From the NCBI GenBank assembly GCA_965218795.1, contig OZ244653.1, positions 2,464,001 through 2,528,000 on the forward strand: a DNA stretch of 64,000 nt. The letters run 5' to 3'. Source of the DNA: a bacterium. Its GTDB lineage: Bacteria > UBA8248 > JACPRG01 > G963555815. The position numbers and the translations under genes are program-made. Every line of letters starts with the position of its first letter. Position 1 is the stretch's first letter. Under the pieces are notes generated by a model that was given only the letters and a program-made list of their open reading frames with translations, did no database searches and was not told the origin of the DNA. This document shows, piece after piece, positions 29,692 through 39,537 of the stretch.

Positions 29692-30909
29692 TTACTCCTC
29701 ATACCGCCAGGAGCACTCGTTCAGACTCACCAGGCTGTCCTTCGTGACGTGGTACATGTTCTCCACGCAGGCTGTTCCGAACCCGTACCGCACCAGCATC
29801 GGCTCAAGACAAAACACCATGTCCTCTTCCAAAACCGACTCGTTGGCGGGATTGATGGAGGGCGGGACGTGGGAGAATGTGCCGATCCCGTGACCCCGAA
29901 AGTAAAGATAATCCTCCACCCCTTTTTCCTTGGCCGCCTCGATCCCAATCTTCGCCAGGTCACAGATCCGGATGCCCGCCCGAGCTTCTTCCAATACGGA
30001 CTCGACGATGGCGATCTGCGCCTCCATGAAATCCCGCTGCTCCCCGGAAGGTCCGCCGACGACCGTCTGGCGGGAGGCGTCGCTGGAGTAGCCCTTGTAG
30101 ATTCCGCCCAGGTCCGCGAAGACCCAATCCCCCTTCTGCATGCGCCGGTTCATCGGCGGGACATGCTTGAAACCCGATCGCGGGCCGGATGACAGGGCCA
30201 TCGGGAAGTTTCCGTTCTCCGCGCCGTTGCGGAACAGCGCCTCCATCGCGAGCGCCGCCAACTCGTACTCGCTCACCCCCGGCTTGGCGTTGACCATCGA
30301 GGCGTGCAGGGCCTCATCGAGGACTCGGGCGCTCTCCTTGAGGACTTCGATCTCGGCAGGGCTCTTGATGGTCATGGCCTCGGCCATCAGCTTGCCCGCG
30401 TCTGTCAGCTCGGCTTTGGGGAGGATCTCCCGAAGAGGTTCCTTCAACGCCGCTGCGGATTCGCCCGACAGGGCGATCGTCCCGTCGCTCACGCCCTGTT
30501 CGCTCAGGATATCGCCCAGGTGATCAAAGACGCTGACCGCGCCCGACGCCGTCCGCGGATGCGCTGCGCAGCGGACGTCCCGCATCCAGACGTGCTGGAT
30601 GCCCGAATGCATCGGCTCGCCGTGAAAAATGGAGTTGGTCGTGAAGGCCGGCTCTCCCTCTGCAGGAATGACGCAAAGGTTGTCCCCCTTGTAATAGTCC
30701 TCGAAGTTGGTCAGATAACGAATCGCGCCCCGGTCGCCCCGCGTGCCGTACACGATGAGGGCGTCGAAACCCCGCTCACGCATCGTCTCCCGGACTCCTG
30801 CGATCCGTCCTTCGTACTCTTCAACGGAAAAGGGGATGTCCGCCCACTTCTGCCGGGACTCGAAATCGAACGGGACCTTCCCCCATCCGTACGGCATCTT
30901 CGACATCAT
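29692..30909 (-). CDS. M24 family (Xaa-Pro peptidase/creatinase-like) hydrolase
   Basis: FSVEEYEGR, IKSPAEI, DLGGIYKGYSSD, GHGIG, LEPM, VEN. Confidence 0.88.
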   Translation of the reverse strand: MMSKMPYGWGKVPFDFESRQKWADIPFSVEEYEGRIAGVRETMRERGFDALIVYGTRGDRGAIRYLTNFEDYYKGDNLCVIPAEGEPAFTTNSIFHGEPMHSGIQHVWMRDVRCAAHPRTASGAVSVFDHLGDILSEQGVSDGTIALSGESAAALKEPLREILPKAELTDAGKLMAEAMTIKSPAEIEVLKESARVLDEALHASMVNAKPGVSEYELAALAMEALFRNGAENGNFPMALSSGPRSGFKHVPPMNRRMQKGDWVFADLGGIYKGYSSDASRQTVVGGPSGEQRDFMEAQIAIVESVLEEARAGIRICDLAKIGIEAAKEKGVEDYLYFRGHGIGTFSHVPPSINPANESVLEEDMVFCLEPMLVRYGFGTACVENMYHVTKDSLVSLNECSWRYEE

Positions 30910-30941
30910 TTCAGTTCCCTCTTGAATTTCCGGGGAGCGCT

Positions 30942-31065
30942 TTTTGGAGGCAACGCGCCTCCGCGTTTTCGCGGCGCCTGCTCGGCGCCGCAGCCGGGCT
31001 GAACAATGGAATCGCAGATGATCAACCCTGATGCCCGGCGAAACCGAAGCAGGCCGTGCCTGCCC
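30942..31065 (+). repeat. ~125-bp dispersed repeat, copy 2
   Basis: Aligns by eye along its whole length with 25964-26089. Confidence 0.9.
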
Positions 31066-31164
31066 CCCAGGCCTTTCAAGGGCTTCTCCTGGTAGTCTTT
31101 CCCTTTCGTTGCCCTTATAATCTCCCATCTCGCCCAGGAAATCGATTCTTTTTGGGGATTTTCC

Positions 31165-32352
31165 ATGGGACCGTTGGACGGAATTCGCGTGCTCGATCTT
31201 TCCCAGATCGTCGTGGGGCCTTATTGCACCATGCTGCTGGGCGACCTGGGCGCGGAGATCATCAAGGTCGAGCGTCTGGACCGGGGGGACGACACCCGCG
31301 ATTGGGGGCCGCCCTTCCTGGACGGCGAGAGCGCCTACTTTCTCAGCCTCAACCGCAACAAGAAGAGCATCACGCTCAACCTGAAGGAGCCCGAAGGGCT
31401 CCGGGTTCTCATGCACCTTGCGGGTGAGTGCGACGTCCTGATTCAAAACTTCAAGCCGGGGACCCTGGATCGCCTGGGGGCGGGCTACGAGGCCGTCGCG
31501 GGGGTGAATCCGAGGATCATCTATTGCTCGATCTCCGGCTACGGGCCGACGGGGCCTTATAAGGATTTCGGGGGGTACGACGTGATCATCTCGGCGATTG
31601 GCGGGCTGATGAGCATCACGGGCGAGACCGACGGGGCGCCGGTGAAGGTGGGTGTCGCCATCACCGACATCGCGACGGGGATGCTCGCCCACGGCTCGAT
31701 CACCGCCGCATTGTACGCACGGGAGCATACGGGGAAAGGGCAACATATCGACCTGTCGCTCCTAGAGACCCAGGTAGCCGTCCTCATCAATCAGGCGAGC
31801 AGCTATCTCAACGGTGGTGTGGTACCGAAGCGATGGGGCTCCCGCCACCCATCCATCGTTCCGTACCGGGATTTTAAGGCGAAGGACAATTACGTCATCA
31901 TCGGCGCGGGAAACGATAGCCTCTTCCGGCGGTTCTGCAAGGCCGTCGGGCATCCGGAGTGGGCGGAAGATTCGCGATTTTCGACCAACCCCGACAGGGT
32001 CAGAAACCGGGACGTGTTGGAAGGAATGATCCAGGAGGTGATCGGAACCCGTACAGCGCATGAGTGGTTCGAGATCATATCGGTCGCCGGGGTCCCTTGC
32101 GGCCCGGTCAATAACATCGATCAGGCCTTTCAGGATCCGCAGGTTCTCCACCGAAAGATGGTCGAGGAGGTGGACCACCCCGTCTCCGGGAAAATTCGAT
32201 TGACCGGGCTGCCGGTGAAGTTCAGCGACACGCCCGCGGAGATTCGTCTGCCGCCTCCACTGCTCGGCCAGCACACCGACGAGATTTTGGGATGCCTTTT
32301 GGGTTACGACGACAGCCGGATCGAGACATTGCGGAGCGGCGGAATCATTTGA
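31165..32352 (+). CDS. Class III CoA-transferase (CaiB/BaiF)
   Basis: PLDGIRVLDLS, NRNKKS, DIATG, PPPLLGQHT. Confidence 0.95.
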   Translation: MGPLDGIRVLDLSQIVVGPYCTMLLGDLGAEIIKVERLDRGDDTRDWGPPFLDGESAYFLSLNRNKKSITLNLKEPEGLRVLMHLAGECDVLIQNFKPGTLDRLGAGYEAVAGVNPRIIYCSISGYGPTGPYKDFGGYDVIISAIGGLMSITGETDGAPVKVGVAITDIATGMLAHGSITAALYAREHTGKGQHIDLSLLETQVAVLINQASSYLNGGVVPKRWGSRHPSIVPYRDFKAKDNYVIIGAGNDSLFRRFCKAVGHPEWAEDSRFSTNPDRVRNRDVLEGMIQEVIGTRTAHEWFEIISVAGVPCGPVNNIDQAFQDPQVLHRKMVEEVDHPVSGKIRLTGLPVKFSDTPAEIRLPPPLLGQHTDEILGCLLGYDDSRIETLRSGGII

Positions 32353-32415
32353 GTGACGGGAACGGGGCACAGCCTTTCCGTCTTGCGCGCTTTTCGATAG
32401 CAGGAGGAACTCTCG

Positions 32416-32466
32416 ATAAAGGCGATTCGCGCCCACGAGTTCGACGGTCCGGACAAATTGATTTAG
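32416..32466 (+). pseudogene. 5' stub of an NADPH:quinone oxidoreductase (MDR) gene
   Basis: AGGAGG RBS, ATA in place of ATG, KAIRAHEFDGPDKLI, then an IS end. Confidence 0.55.
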
Positions 32467-32613
32467 GGGCTGCCCTAGCTAAGTACGCGGTTGAGTGGAA
32501 TTCGTCCATGTTTTCAATGGGTTAAGCAACTCCTGGCGGTTTCCACCATTGAAGCGTCATTCGCACTCCTTCAGGAAGAGGGAAAAGCTTTGTCGCGGGA
32601 TGCCGTTGAAGCG
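32466..32613 (-). mobile_element. IS1595-family (IS1016 group) 3' remnant with terminal IR
   Basis: [22 protein letters not shown]-terminal motif; end sequence GGGGCTGCCCTAG. Confidence 0.75.
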
Positions 32614-32965
32614 CGGCAAACAAGGTCATTGTGCCATGGCGCCTGTAGTCGTGGGTGACCCCTTCCACATCGCCCAAGCCCAAGGGCAGCAACGGCTGCG
32701 TGCGTTCCAGAGCCTGGACCTGGCTCTTCTCGCCCACGTACAGCACCATGGCATGCTCGGACGGATTCAGATATAGACCAATGATGTCGCGTACTTTCTC
32801 CACGAAGAAGGGACCCGTGGAGCGTTTGAAGTGCGTTTGTCGATGGGGCTGCAACCCGAAGGCACGCCAGATGCGATGCACCGTATCTTTGGATACACCC
32901 GCCGCCTGCGCCATGGAACGCACTGTCCACGGGGTCTCCTCTGAAGGTGCGCAAGATAGTGGGGC
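32610..32965 (-). mobile_element. IS630-family transposase internal fragment
   Basis: [37 protein letters not shown](G)[22 protein letters not shown]; first catalytic D replaced by G. Confidence 0.9.
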
Positions 32966-33277
32966 CAGCAGGGTGCAGACCAAAGGACGCCTTTTAAAAA
33001 AATACTGCTTTTTGCCGTGAACCACATGAAAATTCAAAATAGACCACACCTGCAATTCCTGCAATCGTGGCGAACGCCATGCCCAAGGGCGTTCCAGGGC
33101 CGGTCGGCAGGCCGGCGAAGGGAGTGAGCGGGGCACACCGGCCGGCATCCCATCGAAAACGCCCTTGCTTTTCCTCACTCCGCAGAACGCTTGGGTTATG
33201 ATGATCATCTGCGTTTTTTCAAATCGTCTCGGTCTGAAAAGATTGCCGCAGCAGCACGGGAATAGGAGTTTCGAAAA

Positions 33278-33673
33278 ATGAAGATCACGCGGTTACAACA
33301 TGCACTGCTCCATGTGAAAAACCTCGAAGAGGCGAAGACGTTCTACAAGGAAGTCCTTGGATTCGAAGAGATGGAGCGGTGGTTGATCGACCCGGCGCGG
33401 GACGGGGCGTGGTTCAAGATCGGCGACACGCGACTTCATTTGGCCGTCTGGGAGGACCACGCCGCCCATTCAAACTCAGGCGAGCCCCCCGACGCCTGGG
33501 ACAACCACATCGCGTTTGAAGTGGACGATATCGAAGCCTGGAAGAAAAAGCTCGAAGAGAAGGGAATCGGCTACCTGCAGGGCGTCATGGGGGGCGAGAA
33601 AATGGCCCAAATTTATTTCAGGGATCCCTCGGGGAACGAAGTAGAGCTGATTCATCACAACGTGCCGATCTGA
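33278..33673 (+). CDS. VOC/glyoxalase family protein
   Basis: [26 protein letters not shown]. Confidence 0.9.
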   Translation: MKITRLQHALLHVKNLEEAKTFYKEVLGFEEMERWLIDPARDGAWFKIGDTRLHLAVWEDHAAHSNSGEPPDAWDNHIAFEVDDIEAWKKKLEEKGIGYLQGVMGGEKMAQIYFRDPSGNEVELIHHNVPI

Positions 33674-33704
33674 ACGGTGTTCTCCTCATTCTATTGTGGG
33701 AGAA

Positions 33705-34109
33705 ATGTCCATGGCTCCGAAAGACATCATCTCACCCGCCGGTCTCGGCGAGCCAATCGGTCCATTTGTGCGAGGGGTTCGATCGGGCAACATCGTCGCG
33801 ATTTCGGGCACCAGCGCACTCTCTCATATCCAGGGCCCTCTGGATTCACGCGAGCTTCCCTCTGATTTCGAGACCCAGGCGCGTTTGACCTTCAAGAACC
33901 TGGAAGTCTCGCTCGAGGCGGCCGGACTCGGATGGGAGGACGTGATCAAGATGATGGTGATTGTCAAGCACCGGGAGGATTATGCGCGGATGAACGCTAT
34001 CCGAAAGGAGCTCTTTGAGAAAATTCCGATGGCCAGTACGACATTCGTCGCGGAACTTCTGCGTGACGACATGCTCATCGAGGTGGACGTCTGGGCCGTA
34101 TCACCGTGA
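33705..34109 (+). CDS. Rid/YjgF family protein
   Basis: ISGT, QARLTFKNL, LEAAG, MLIEVDVWA. Confidence 0.88.
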   Translation: MSMAPKDIISPAGLGEPIGPFVRGVRSGNIVAISGTSALSHIQGPLDSRELPSDFETQARLTFKNLEVSLEAAGLGWEDVIKMMVIVKHREDYARMNAIRKELFEKIPMASTTFVAELLRDDMLIEVDVWAVSP

Positions 34110-34146
34110 AAGGGCTGTTACAGACGACAAAAAACCCGGTGAGGCC

Positions 34147-34271
34147 TTTTGGAGAGCAACGCGGCTCCTCATTTTCCCGGCGTCTGCTCGCTGCCGCAGC
34201 CAAGCTGAACGATCGAATCGTAACTCATTCACCCTTGCGCCCGGCGAGATCGAAGCAGGCCGTGCCTGCCC
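34147..34271 (+). repeat. ~125-bp dispersed repeat, copy 3
   Basis: TTTTGGAGAGCAACGCG...GCCCGGCGAGATCGAAGCAGGCCGTGCCTGCCC. Confidence 0.85.
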
Positions 34272-34299
34272 CAGCCCCCCCGGAAAACTCTTGTTCCGT

Positions 34300-34333
34300 C
34301 ACAACAGGGGGCCGCTTTGCGGCCCCCTGTTGT
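34300..34333. terminator. Hairpin between convergent genes
   Basis: ACAACAGGGGGCCGC / GCGGCCCCCTGTTGT perfect inverted repeat. Confidence 0.6.
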
Positions 34334-34414
34334 ACCAACCGCGTTCTTTTTTGCTCTGGACTGACTCACGAACCCCGGGACTCGAGAGGCAGACGCCCCC
34401 CTGCCCTGGTCTGT

Positions 34415-35593
34415 CTAGTTCAGCGTCTTCCAGTGGCCGTCGACCACCTTGAGGATGTAGGTCTTCTTTTCCGCATCATGGTGGTCGGCGATGCTGAAGG
34501 TGCCGGTGGGTCCCGTGTAGTTCTTGATCTTGGTCAGGCCGGCGCGAATCTTCTCCCGGTCGGACTTCAGGTCCCCCGGCTTGTTCATCACACCAGTAGA
34601 CTCGATGACCTTCGCGAGAATCAACAGATTCTCATACGCCTGAGCGGCCGTGAAGTGCGGGTCCACATCCCTCGAGACCTTCTTGTACTCGGCAAAGAAG
34701 TGCTTGAACTGGGGCGTCGTGCTGTCAAAGGTCAGCGTCGTCGTGGAATACGTCCCCTCGGCCGCTTTGCCGCCGATCTTGATGTACTGCGATTGGGATA
34801 CGTCGATGCCGCCATACAGCGCCGAGTTCATTCCTTGCTTGCGGACCTCCCGGGCGATCTTGCCGGCGTCGCCGTACCCCGAGGACATGATGATACCTGA
34901 CGGATTCTTCGCCCGCAGGCGCGTGATTTCACCGCTGAAATCCACATTGTTGTGCGGATAGCCGATGCTGTCCACGACCTTCACGCCGAGCTTTCCAAGA
35001 AGTTTGGGCAGGATCTTCGTCCCTGTGATCTTCATGACCGTGATGTTGTTGTCGTACATGATGGCCGCGCTCTTGATGTTTTTGTCTTTGACCCAGCGCG
35101 AGACGCTCAGCTTCATGGCCAACGGGGGAAAGATGGAGTTCCGGAATCCCCAGGGCTTCATCTTTCCGCGCAGTGGCGGGGCCGCCGAGGACGCCGAGAA
35201 CATGACTGTCTCAAACTCATTGGCGAGCGGAGCGACTGCCTTCACCTGGTTGCTCAGGAAGGGGCCGATCACGGCCAGGACCTTGTCCTGATTGACGAGC
35301 TTGCGGAAGCCGGCAATCGCTTGGGAGTTCTTGTTGGCGGTGTCGAAAAAAATCAACTCGACGGGCACACCCCCGATACCGCCCTTTTTCTTCAGATCGT
35401 TCATGGCGACGGTCAAGGCCTCTTTCTGATGCTGACCGTTATGCTTCAGCGGGCCGGTCAGCATTGTCAGTACACCGATCTTGACGGTCGGCCCTTCCAA
35501 CGCCACCCCGGCAACAGGAGAAAGCACCAGAACAATCGCGGCCAGACCCGCTGTCATGAACTGAAGAAATCGCCTTCCGGTTCGAACTTTCAT
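34415..35593 (-). CDS. Branched-chain amino acid-type ABC substrate-binding protein
   Basis: Signal peptide, VKIGVL..LTG, GGIGGVPVEL, YTGPTGTF. Confidence 0.9.
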   Translation of the reverse strand: MKVRTGRRFLQFMTAGLAAIVLVLSPVAGVALEGPTVKIGVLTMLTGPLKHNGQHQKEALTVAMNDLKKKGGIGGVPVELIFFDTANKNSQAIAGFRKLVNQDKVLAVIGPFLSNQVKAVAPLANEFETVMFSASSAAPPLRGKMKPWGFRNSIFPPLAMKLSVSRWVKDKNIKSAAIMYDNNITVMKITGTKILPKLLGKLGVKVVDSIGYPHNNVDFSGEITRLRAKNPSGIIMSSGYGDAGKIAREVRKQGMNSALYGGIDVSQSQYIKIGGKAAEGTYSTTTLTFDSTTPQFKHFFAEYKKVSRDVDPHFTAAQAYENLLILAKVIESTGVMNKPGDLKSDREKIRAGLTKIKNYTGPTGTFSIADHHDAEKKTYILKVVDGHWKTLN

Positions 35594-35744
35594 TTCCCTT
35601 CCCCCCCCTCATGGGTAGTCGATACCATCAGAGAAATCCGGTCCTTCGACCTCTGTTGATTCCTCTATCCGCCTCGTATATCGTGTCAAATCCTATCTCA
35701 CGATTATACCCTACTTAACTTCTTCCTTATGACAATGTTGACTT

Positions 35745-36509
35745 ATGGGAATTCTCAATATTCAGGGCCTGGGTAAATATTTCGGCCGGGTGGTGGCCCT
35801 GGAGGACGTGGACCTGGAAGTCCCGGAAGGAGGGATCTTCTCGGTCATCGGTCCCAACGGAGCGGGCAAAACCACCTTGTTCAATTGTATTACGGGCGTT
35901 TATCCCCCTGACACAGGGCGGATCACCTTCGACGGTGAGCTCCTGACCGGGTTAAGGGCCCATCGGCGGACCGCCCTGGGGATCTGCCGCACCTTTCAGA
36001 ACATTCGCCTCTTCGAACGGATGACTACGCTGGAGAACGTCCTGATCGGACGGCATTCCCGGACAAAGGCGGGGATCGCCAGAACCTTCTTACGCCGGCC
36101 TTTTCGCCCCCTGCGCGAAGAGGCGGAAAGCGAGCAGAAAGCCCGAGAGATCCTGGAGCGAATGGGACTCAAGCCGAGGGCGGAGGTGCCGGCCGGAAGC
36201 CTGGCCTACGGTGAGCAACGCCGCTTGGAGATCGCGCGCGCTTTGGCAACCGAGCCGAAACTTCTCCTTCTGGACGAACCCACGGCCGGGATGAACCCCC
36301 GTGAGACCCAGGATATGACGGCGCTGATCGCCCGGCTTCGGGACTTGGTGCCGACTATCTTGCTCATCGAGCACGACATGAAGGTCGTCATGGGAATCTC
36401 GGACTGCGTAACGGTGTTGAACTTCGGGAGCAAGATCGCCGAAGGCTCCCCTGCGGAAATCCAGGCCGACCCGGACGTGATCGAGGCCTACCTTGGTCGG
36501 GAGGAATGA
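35745..36509 (+). CDS. livG: Liv-type ABC ATP-binding protein
   Basis: GPNGAGKTT, RTFQNIRLF, LAYGEQRRLEIARALA, IEAYLG. Confidence 0.92.
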   Translation: MGILNIQGLGKYFGRVVALEDVDLEVPEGGIFSVIGPNGAGKTTLFNCITGVYPPDTGRITFDGELLTGLRAHRRTALGICRTFQNIRLFERMTTLENVLIGRHSRTKAGIARTFLRRPFRPLREEAESEQKAREILERMGLKPRAEVPAGSLAYGEQRRLEIARALATEPKLLLLDEPTAGMNPRETQDMTALIARLRDLVPTILLIEHDMKVVMGISDCVTVLNFGSKIAEGSPAEIQADPDVIEAYLGREE

Positions 36510-37232
36510 TTGGAACAGCGGCCGACAATGCTCTCGGTGAGCGATCTGTCCGCCTCGTACGGGAGAATTGAAGCCCTTCGCGGCGTCTCGCTTCAAATCC
36601 TGGAAGGGGAAATCGTCACGCTGATCGGGGCGAACGGGGCCGGCAAGAGCACACTGCTTCGCACCGTCTCAGGCATCCTCAGGCCCAGGGCCGGTTCCAT
36701 CCTCTTCGAGGGACAGACGCTCCCCCTGATGGCCCCGGAAAAGATCGTCCAGAAGGGCGTGATCCAGGTCCAGGAAGGACGGGGGATTCTCGGATACATG
36801 ACCGTTCTGGAAAATCTGGAACTGGGCGCCTACGTCCGAAAGGACCGGGAGGGAGTCCAGGCGGACCTGCGGGAGATCCTGGAGCGCTTTCCGATTCTCG
36901 AGGAGCGGCGGTATCAGCTGGGCTCCAGCCTGAGCGGGGGAGAACAGCAGATGCTCGCTATCGCCCGTGCACTCATGGGGCGGCCCCGGCTGTTGATGAT
37001 GGATGAGCCCTCGCTGGGACTGGCGCCCAAACTCGTGAATGAAGTCTTCTCCATCATCCAGGCCCTGAAGGAGGAAGGGAAAACAATCCTCCTGGTGGAG
37101 CAGAACGCCCGCAAGGCGCTCCAGTGCGCGGACCGGGGCTACGTCATGGAAACGGGGGAGATCGTGATGGAGGGAACTTCGGCGGAGCTGCTCAAGAGCG
37201 AGGGAGTCAAGGAAGCCTACCTGGGCGGATAG
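36510..37232 (+). CDS. livF: Liv-type ABC ATP-binding protein
   Basis: GANGAGKST, LSGGEQQMLA, DEPSLGLAP. Confidence 0.92.
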   Translation: MEQRPTMLSVSDLSASYGRIEALRGVSLQILEGEIVTLIGANGAGKSTLLRTVSGILRPRAGSILFEGQTLPLMAPEKIVQKGVIQVQEGRGILGYMTVLENLELGAYVRKDREGVQADLREILERFPILEERRYQLGSSLSGGEQQMLAIARALMGRPRLLMMDEPSLGLAPKLVNEVFSIIQALKEEGKTILLVEQNARKALQCADRGYVMETGEIVMEGTSAELLKSEGVKEAYLGG

Positions 37233-37236
37233 ACGG

Positions 37237-38115
37237 ATGATACTTTTTTTCCAACAACTGGTGAACGGGCTGCTGCTTGGATCCACCTACTCGCTGGTGG
37301 CCATCGGATACACCCTGATCATGGGGACGCTGAACCTTCTTCACTTCGCCCACGGCGAGGTGTTCATGATGGGGGCGTTTTTCGGTCTCCTGGCGGTCCT
37401 GTTCTGGAATGTAAACTTTTACGTTTCCATCGTGATCGGGATGGTCGGGGCCGCGCTGGTAGGAATCCTGGTGGATCTGTTCGCCGTCCGGCCCATCCGG
37501 AAGGAGCAGCACCTGGCGCCTCTCATCTCGACCATCGGCGTCACAATCATCCTGCAGGAGGCGGCGCATTACTTTTCAGGCGGCGAGCCGTTGAGTTTTC
37601 CGTCGTCCATTACGCCCATCAACTTCGACTTCGGAGGCATCCGGCTCAACAGCGTTCAAATCACCATTTTTGGGATCGCTGTCCTGCTGATGTTCGTCCT
37701 TCACCTCTTCGTGAAGCAGACGAAAATGGGCAAGGCGATGCGGGCGACCGCGGAAAGCCCGACCACGGCGGCGTTGCTCGGAATCAGCGTGAATCAAGTG
37801 ACCGTCGCCACCTTCATGATTGCGTCGGCGCTGGCGGGAGCGTCGGGTGTACTGGTGGGACTGAGCTATAACGCCGTAACGCCGGGCATGGGGGTGCCCA
37901 TGGCCATCAAGGGTTTTGCCATCATGCTGTTAGGCGGGCTGGGGAACATCTACGGCGCCATGATCGGGGGCCTGATTCTGGGCGGAATGGAGATCCTGAG
38001 CGTTGGATACCTCGCGCCGTCCTATCGCGACGCATTCACCTTCGGCCTGATGATTATCATCCTGATCTTCAAGCCTTCGGGGATCCTGGGAGTCAGCCTG
38101 AGCCGGCGGGCCTGA
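37237..38115 (+). CDS. livH: Liv-type ABC permease
   Basis: QQLVNGLLLGSTYSL, FAHGEVFM, GGLGNIYGA. Confidence 0.9.
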   Translation: MILFFQQLVNGLLLGSTYSLVAIGYTLIMGTLNLLHFAHGEVFMMGAFFGLLAVLFWNVNFYVSIVIGMVGAALVGILVDLFAVRPIRKEQHLAPLISTIGVTIILQEAAHYFSGGEPLSFPSSITPINFDFGGIRLNSVQITIFGIAVLLMFVLHLFVKQTKMGKAMRATAESPTTAALLGISVNQVTVATFMIASALAGASGVLVGLSYNAVTPGMGVPMAIKGFAIMLLGGLGNIYGAMIGGLILGGMEILSVGYLAPSYRDAFTFGLMIIILIFKPSGILGVSLSRRA

Positions 38116-38117
38116 AC

Positions 38118-38975
38118 ATGTTCAATCTCGACTGGGCGACCATCTTCCTGACCATGGGCCTTCATATCATCATGGCCCTCTCATTCTATCTCGCCTTCTC
38201 CTGCGGATTGATCTCGGTCGCGCAGGCGGGCTTCATGGCCATTGGGGCCTACCTGGCGTCCTGGATGACGGTGCAGGAGGGGTGGGAGTTCTACAGTGCC
38301 TGTCTTTTGGGAGGGATCGCCGCCGCGGTCCTCGGAACCCTCGCAGCCCTGCCCGCATTAAGAATCCGAGGGATCTATCTCCTCCTTCTCACCCTCGGTC
38401 TGAACGAGATTATCGTCGTCGTCTTCTACAATTTCGGTCCCACCGGCGGGGCCGAGGGTTTCTACGGCATGAAGGGATACACCAAGAACTGGAACGTCTG
38501 GCTGCTGGTGGCCGTCCTGTTGATCTTCTTCGACCGGCTGGAGCGCTCCCGGATGGGCCGGGCGTTCGAGGCCGTCCACGCCGACGAGGAAGCGGCTGAA
38601 CTCATGGGCGTCAACCTGACCACCACGAAAATTCAGGCGTTCTCCATCTCGGCTTTCATCGCGGGTATCGGGGGGGCGTTCTGGGCGCATTTCGCCCGTT
38701 CGATGGAGCCGGTGAACTTCAACGTATTCGTATCCATTGAATTCATCATCTTCGTCTTCGTCGGCGGAATGCGGACTTATTGGGGCGCTGTCGCGGGCAC
38801 CGTCCTGTTGTCGCTCCTCGACGAGATGATTCTTCGGAATATCACGATCGCCGGGGTCGAGTTGCGGGGCATCGCGTTCGGGGCCATTCTTGTGATCATG
38901 ATGATCTTCAGGCCGGAGGGCCTGCTGAACCGGGACCCGTTTGGATTTCTTCGCAAACGGCGGGCAATGGCCTGA
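38118..38975 (+). CDS. livM: Liv-type ABC permease
   Basis: ISVAQAGFMAIGAY, LRIRGIYL, SRMGRAF, FRPEGL. Confidence 0.9.
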   Translation: MFNLDWATIFLTMGLHIIMALSFYLAFSCGLISVAQAGFMAIGAYLASWMTVQEGWEFYSACLLGGIAAAVLGTLAALPALRIRGIYLLLLTLGLNEIIVVVFYNFGPTGGAEGFYGMKGYTKNWNVWLLVAVLLIFFDRLERSRMGRAFEAVHADEEAAELMGVNLTTTKIQAFSISAFIAGIGGAFWAHFARSMEPVNFNVFVSIEFIIFVFVGGMRTYWGAVAGTVLLSLLDEMILRNITIAGVELRGIAFGAILVIMMIFRPEGLLNRDPFGFLRKRRAMA

Positions 38976-39030
38976 GCCCCGCCGGGAATCAATCGGCGGC
39001 TTTCACCGTCCGCTTCCATCCTGAGTGGGG

Positions 39031-39537
39031 ATGAATTCATCCCCCGGAGATCGCATTTTGCTCGAAACCCTGAAACGAGCCCTGCGAAGCACAACAGGAG
39101 ACGGGGATTCACCCAAACCCGCCGACCGGGAGGACGAGCTTCGCCTCGCCACTTGCGCTTTGTTGATCGAAACGGCAATGGCGGACGATGATCTCTCGGA
39201 GGAGGAATTCGACAAGGTTGTCCTGGTGATGCGCGAGCGGTTCCATCTTGACGATGGCGCCATTCACGCCCTGATCGAGACGGCGAGAGAGGAACACCGA
39301 AAGGCGACGGACGTCTGGTCCTTCGCGAACCAGATCAATGAAACGCTCACGCGCGGGCAAAAAATCGAAGTCATGGAAATGATCTGGAGAGTCGTCTACG
39401 CCGATGGCACGATGGACAAATTTGAAGATTATATGACGAAGAAGCTCCACCGCCTGTTGAGGATCGACCACGCCACCTTCATCGCCGCGAAACTCAAAGT
39501 CAAAAATGAGGTCGAGAACTCAACGCAAAATGACTGA
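39031..39537 (+). CDS. TerB family protein
   Basis: LATCALLIETAMADD, WRVVYADG. Confidence 0.85.
   Translation: MNSSPGDRILLETLKRALRSTTGDGDSPKPADREDELRLATCALLIETAMADDDLSEEEFDKVVLVMRERFHLDDGAIHALIETAREEHRKATDVWSFANQINETLTRGQKIEVMEMIWRVVYADGTMDKFEDYMTKKLHRLLRIDHATFIAAKLKVKNEVENSTQND

Noticed and set aside
29692-31746. 684-aa M24 fusion protein from the ORF track
   Set aside because: The extension is antisense to the CoA-transferase and crosses repeat copy 2; the real start is ~30909.
39031-39537. Tellurite-resistance or ter defence operon
   Set aside because: Solitary TerB-domain gene with no other ter genes.
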